DNA from: Eukaryota sp. GEM-RC1
Taxonomy: Eukaryota
Reading direction: 5' to 3'
DNA length: 64,000 nt
Assembly: GCA_040285855.1 (NCBI GenBank)
Contig: JAUFOQ010000002.1
Span: 3,534,001-3,598,000, forward strand
Of the stretch, positions 58,731 through 64,000 are shown piece by piece. The notes under the pieces were generated by a model, which searched no databases, was not told the DNA's origin, and was given only the letters and a program-made list of their open reading frames with translations. Numbering within the stretch: the first letter of the stretch is position 1; each line of letters begins with the position of its first letter. A program made the translations under genes and the position numbers.

Positions 58731-60239
58731 TTACGACATAGAACAACAAGTAATACGGCCGTTGGAAATTGTCTGAAGGCATTGTGCTGTTTCGAAATCA
58801 ATAGAATTATCCTCAAAGAGAATCCGAGTAATCGTCGAATTCACCTTTAGAGCTTCAACTAAAGCCATTGCACCTTCATATCCAATAGAGTTGCTGGTTA
58901 AGTTAATCTCAATAACGGAAGAATTTACTTTCAAAGCTTCAGCTAACGCTATAGCACCATCATCACCAATAGCATTAATGGCTAAACTGACATCAGTAAT
59001 TGATGATTTTGAATTCAAAACTTCAGCCAATGCAATGACACCTTCATCACGTATATAGTTTACATCCAAATTAATCTTCGTAATGACTGAGTTCTTGTTT
59101 AAACCCTCAGCCAAAGATATGGCACCTTCAACACCAATGGAATTATCCACAAGAAAAAGTTCAGTTATAGTAGAATTTACTTTCAACGCTTCTGCCAGCT
59201 CCAGTGCACCTTCCTTGTTGATAAAGTTACCATCAAGACGAAGTTCAGTGATGGACGAATTCACTTTTAAGGCTTCTGCAAGTGATACAGCTCCTTTTGG
59301 TCCAAAATAATGGCCTGTTAAATTAATGACAGTAATTGTGGAATTGACTTTAAACGCTTCAGCCAATACTATTGTTCCTTCAACCCCAAACAGGTTATGT
59401 GCCAGATTAACCTCAGTAAGTGAAGAGTTGGTTTTAAAAGCTTCAGCCAATGCAACAGCACCTTCATAATTAATGGAGTTAAAAGCTAGATTAATATGTG
59501 TAATATTTGAGTTAACTTTCAAAACATCTGCTAGTGATTCAGCACCTTCATTTTCAATCAAATTCCACTGAAGATTTAAATTTCTAATGGTGGAATTAAC
59601 TTTCAAAGCATCAGCAAAGACCATGATGTCGTCATCACCTAAAGAATTGGACTGTAGATTAAGCTCAACAATTGTAGAATTATCTTTCAACATCGCCACC
59701 GCTACAAGAAAAGTAGACGATTCAACATTACAAAGATGAAGTCGTTGAAGATGTGGAAAGTAAGAAGATGAAGACTTGTCAAGAAAAGTCAATTGGCGAG
59801 GGTTCCTCAATTCCATCTTTAATCCTGAAATTAAATGTAAAGAACTATGGAATTCTTCAACTTTAAAGAGATCAAACACGTGTAAGAAAAGCAATTGAAC
59901 CTCTGATTTAAAGAAGGAAGCGATTGAAGTAAGAAGAGGGAGGTCTTTAGAATCTATGTGGAACGTGTTTGTTCGGAAAAACACCTTGAAGGCTAGTAGA
60001 GTGGATTCAAAGAAATGGTGACTTACATAGCCAACTTTCGTGAAGACGTAGGGAATTTCAATTATCAAACGGCGGAGGGAATGGTCGGGAACAGAGTGAT
60101 CAACAACAAGAGAAAACTTTAGGAGACTTCTAAGCAAGTGAAAGATTATCAAACTCAACAACGACTGCTGGAAATGAACACGTCTGTGCAGGAGTGGAGT
60201 GGGTGGACCAGAGATTGGTTTCGGAGAGTTTGTCAACAT
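58731..60239 (-). CDS. RI-like/NLRC3-like 28-aa LRR protein
   Basis: About 11 repeats of GAxALAEALKVNSTITxLxLxxNxI. Confidence 0.9.
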   Translation of the reverse strand: MLTNSPKPISGPPTPLLHRRVHFQQSLLSLIIFHLLRSLLKFSLVVDHSVPDHSLRRLIIEIPYVFTKVGYVSHHFFESTLLAFKVFFRTNTFHIDSKDLPLLTSIASFFKSEVQLLFLHVFDLFKVEEFHSSLHLISGLKMELRNPRQLTFLDKSSSSYFPHLQRLHLCNVESSTFLVAVAMLKDNSTIVELNLQSNSLGDDDIMVFADALKVNSTIRNLNLQWNLIENEGAESLADVLKVNSNITHINLAFNSINYEGAVALAEAFKTNSSLTEVNLAHNLFGVEGTIVLAEAFKVNSTITVINLTGHYFGPKGAVSLAEALKVNSSITELRLDGNFINKEGALELAEALKVNSTITELFLVDNSIGVEGAISLAEGLNKNSVITKINLDVNYIRDEGVIALAEVLNSKSSITDVSLAINAIGDDGAIALAEALKVNSSVIEINLTSNSIGYEGAMALVEALKVNSTITRILFEDNSIDFETAQCLQTISNGRITCCSMS

Positions 60240-63200
60240 ATCATCTGTTGCAATGAAGTTTGAAAGAACATCTGATCTCTGACATCATTGTCATGATGTC
60301 TTCTGTCTGCCTCTTTCATATGCTTGTTCTTGAACCTACTCTCTTGAACAGACGTCTTTCCCCTTTGTCATCCCATCCTCGTTCATTACATTCCATCACA
60401 GCTCTTTGGTACAGTTTGTGTTGATCTCTATACTTTCGTTTTTTTATTGTGTTTTCAGTTGTACTTATTTTCTTGCTATCGCATTCTTACGTCTTTTCAA
60501 TATCAACTTTGTAGCTCTGTGAGTTTTCTACTTCTGACGGGACAGACAGTGGAGAAGTTTGACCTCTTTATTCCAAATCCAGAGTAATTTTGGTGATATC
60601 ATTAACATTTTGGAAATCCCTGGTTGTTTCTTTTTTAAAATGAATGATTTAGTGAATCAATTTCATTGATTTGTTATTAATTTAATTCAATTTGGGTCGT
60701 TTCCGTCCACCCAAGAAATCAATGCACATAACATAGTCTACAAAACATTATTTCCTACTACAACTGGTTACAGTGTATTTGAATACTTCTCGATCTATTT
60801 TTAAATTTTCGTTTTAATTTGCATGATGAGAGAATATTCCATCATCATAGGTTGATTAAGGACAATATGGAACCAATATCAATGAATTTGGTAATTGTTA
60901 ATACATCTAGTTCTGTTTAAAACAAGAATTGAATTAAAGTTCGGAAGTAAAACAATTTATTGTTGTTTTCATTTACGGCTACTCCCTAGGTCAATCTGAA
61001 AAGAGGGCTTGTCTATTTCTAAATAACTTCCGTTTATATTATTGACAAGATTAGTTGGGGTAATCAATCTAACTGACGGGCACTGAAAATGGACCTGTGC
61101 GATGGTGATTTGATTGTGTGCCAGTCTCTTAAGAAGCTGTTTAATCATCCTTGGATCCACTCAAGCCCAAATAGAATTGAATAAAAAATATTGAACAATT
61201 GAATTTTGTAACATCTTTGTTAAAAACTTGATTTCTTCAGTCAAAGTGGTGAAGTCGATTTTGCAATTGTGAGCCTTTTAAGAGGTGTAATTGCCTTAAG
61301 AGCAGAGAACATCAGGTCAAAATTTCGAGAACATCATTGAGGGTTAATTGGCTGAAAGACGAGTCAAGGTACAACGAATCAAAACTGATTGACCATACAA
61401 AGTAAACTATGAAATAGAAACCCCTGAGCTTAACCGTATAAGCCTCCCTCTTTGATAGGGCATCTATTACGTGGCGGGACTTATCTGAATTCCATCATCC
61501 AAATTTTAAATTAGTGTTTTCACGTCCTAAATTTTACATTTATTTAACAGCACAACTTCGGTTACGTTCATTCTTCAATGACTTCGATACCAGATTCAAG
61601 AGCATCTTCATTTCTTCTTCTTGCTTTATCCAAGTACGAATTGTTTTGATATCAGGAATCCCATAAAGTTGGCTATCTTGTTTTTGGACATTTACTGAGT
61701 GTTTACCTTCCCTAGAACTTCACGCTTTAACGCAAAACTGTAGAATCGGCGCTTTCTGGTTAACATCAAAAATGACTGGAAGACAGAAGGAGTGCAAGAA
61801 GATGTCAATTTGGTAAACAAACTACTTTTACTATATGTTACGAATAAATGGTTTTTAATAATTTGAATTTCTCGAAACTTCAATTTCCTGGGGCTTCTAT
61901 TTCATAGTGTATTTTAAATCAAGTTCTTTGATGTAGTGTACCAAATTGGAAAAACAAGTTCTCCACCTTAAGAATCATATTAGACTAGACAGCGAGACAA
62001 CTTTAAGTTTTCCCAATCTAATTTCCAGAATGAATGCGATGATTGCTTTCGACTGATTGCTTTCTTTTATAATACAACTGTTTCCAATCAGTGAAAGATA
62101 AATGGGAGAAGAGTCCTCAAATCAAAATCTAAAGAAGTCTGTGTTTCTTCGTCGAGTCATTTCAAATACAAAATTAAGTGAGAAGGTGATGAAAAGTGAA
62201 ACAGTTGAGGTCTACTTTTTCAACGTTTTTAACTAAACTCGGAAAAACGCAAAAACGACGTTTTCCATTTTTTGAAAACGCTGTGAAAAGTATAGAAGTT
62301 CCCCAAAAGTGATTTAGTTATGGATACATGAGATGATCGTCACTCAGTTTGGGTTAGTTTGGTTTAGATGTCGTGACCTAAGCAATACAGGATCCAACGT
62401 TTGTTGTAGGTTAGCTTGATGTTTCTTGTACGTAATGGATTTATTAAACGTCATCCTATATGTAAACGTCATCTTCCGCGACGAAGATCTAGATATTCAC
62501 CATCAGATGAATTTCGACGGAAGTGAACATTGAAGTGTATGTTCAGATTTTCCTGTTTATCCTTTTGAAAGTAGAAGTGCTCTTTTGGAAGACAAATCCA
62601 GACGTCATGTTAATATAATTGATCTTTGGGTTCATTAGTATTTCCTTCTTTTTAAAGATATTTACTAGTAATTATTACGACATATATCCACATTTTTGTT
62701 GAAAAACAAATTTTGCCCAACACTGATCAATAATAGTCCTAGACAAAACACCAGGTCCTTGCTTTTACTCTGATATTTTGTTAACAAAGTTTGGTTTTTT
62801 TAGAATGTATGACAAATATTTTGACATGTGGCCACATAAACCTGGTAATGCGAATCAAAGAAACTCACGCTTCCGACACGAAGCGATATCTGAAATTTTG
62901 TCGGTTCTATTCATTCAGGTCACTTTTTTGAAGTGGGTAGACTATACTTCTATCTGAAATCATGTTTGAGCTACTATTGATAGTGCCGTAAGTTCCAAAA
63001 GATTTGACCAGCAACTTAGTCTACAGTCTGACTAGTATGGGTCCTATCAGAACTTGCTTTTTCTGAAAGTAAACAGCTCTGAACTAATGAAGTGGAGTAA
63101 TAACTTGTCAAGTTAATTGAAATGAGGTTGTGTGTAGGCTATCTATTTTTGCATCGATTTATGACCATAAACCCCGTTTTTTGTGTAGAGTTTTATAGAA

Positions 63201-63290
63201 ACTAAATTAGTTTAATATAAAAAAACGGATTTATGTGCGGAGAAAGATAGGTACAAATAAATAAACACTATTAAAACAAATAATTATCAA

Positions 63291-64000
63291 ATGTTATCTT
63301 TAGATGTGAGCAAACATGTTTCCTTTGCTATGCTTCAGGTCTGTTTTTCCGGGAAAATTAATCATTTTTTACGTTCATTAGACTATTCCCTTACTGAAAC
63401 ATTTGCCAAGAAATTTAATTCTATTAGAACAAATTTTCTCTCTAACTTGGCTGAAATTGATGAGTCTAACATTCCATTTCATGCTTTTTATTCTTCTGAA
63501 TTCGCAGGAGTAGGTTTCACCCATGCAAAAATCATTAGAAAATCTGCTCTTTTAGGAGGTGTTAAGAATTTTATGTTTGAATTTTTGAAACGGTTTCCCT
63601 TGGATGGAATCAATCTGTTGAATTCCAGTAATTGCCGTTGGATTCAATCTGCTAAAGATTTGTTATCATCTTTGTCTCCTGAAATGTGGGAATCTTTGTT
63701 CCCTGCTCATTTGAAGGAGACTCCTTTAAAAATATTTCATCTCTACCATCTGCTGTATGTAAGCTGCAAAATAAATTGACAAGGAGTTTGAACTCTTGGA
63801 CTTTAATAATCGTATTAGCTTGGCTAAAACTAATAGTCCCGAGTTCGCTGCTTTTTTAATCGATCTTTGTAATAGTAGACCTTCTGGATTTATTTCTCAA
63901 ATTCCAAAGGTGTGTGGATTACATCTATCTGATGAAGCTTGGATGATCAATATGCGTCTTCGTTTGGCTATTTGGCCTGCAAATTTATTAAACTATTCAA
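63291..64000 (+). mobile_element. RLE non-LTR retrotransposon ORF fragment (post-RT region), runs off the window
   Basis: KINHFLRS...FAGVGF thumb-like region. 63648-64000 is nearly identical to 48731-49086. Confidence 0.85.

Noticed and set aside
60300..63250. Short ORFs in the AT-rich region after the LRR gene
   Set aside because: Fragmentary, with no recognisable motif or repeat structure.

Overview
This is an AT-rich, compact, apparently intron-poor eukaryotic (protist-like) window. Host genes include a CCCH zinc-finger protein, CaMKK-like and NEK kinases, a Kelch/coiled-coil protein, TVP23, GPC1-like acyltransferase, an aldo-keto reductase, a REJ/GPS membrane protein, LRR proteins, a ceramidase-like 7TM protein, SCAI and CDC123-like. 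They are interleaved with many transposon relics: hAT elements with 8-bp TSDs, TA-flanked Tc1/mariner/pogo-type MITEs, a MULE transposase, and RLE-type (CRE-like) non-LTR retrotransposon fragments. Two identical tRNA-Asp genes sit in a large inverted duplication. Several conserved genes are broken by single-base indels in homopolymers, probably assembly errors. The most notable region is a mobile-element island at about 45.4-55.5 kb with two unrelated Fanzor (eukaryotic TnpB) genes. The first keeps all three RuvC motifs and has a structured 3' candidate omegaRNA, whose end is shared with a second Tc1/IS630-like element. The second is an apparently fused reading frame of a 2A ribosome-skipping peptide, a family-B-polymerase-type 3'-5' exonuclease and a Fanzor truncated after RuvC-I. 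All family assignments are from motif recognition by eye; no database search was run.
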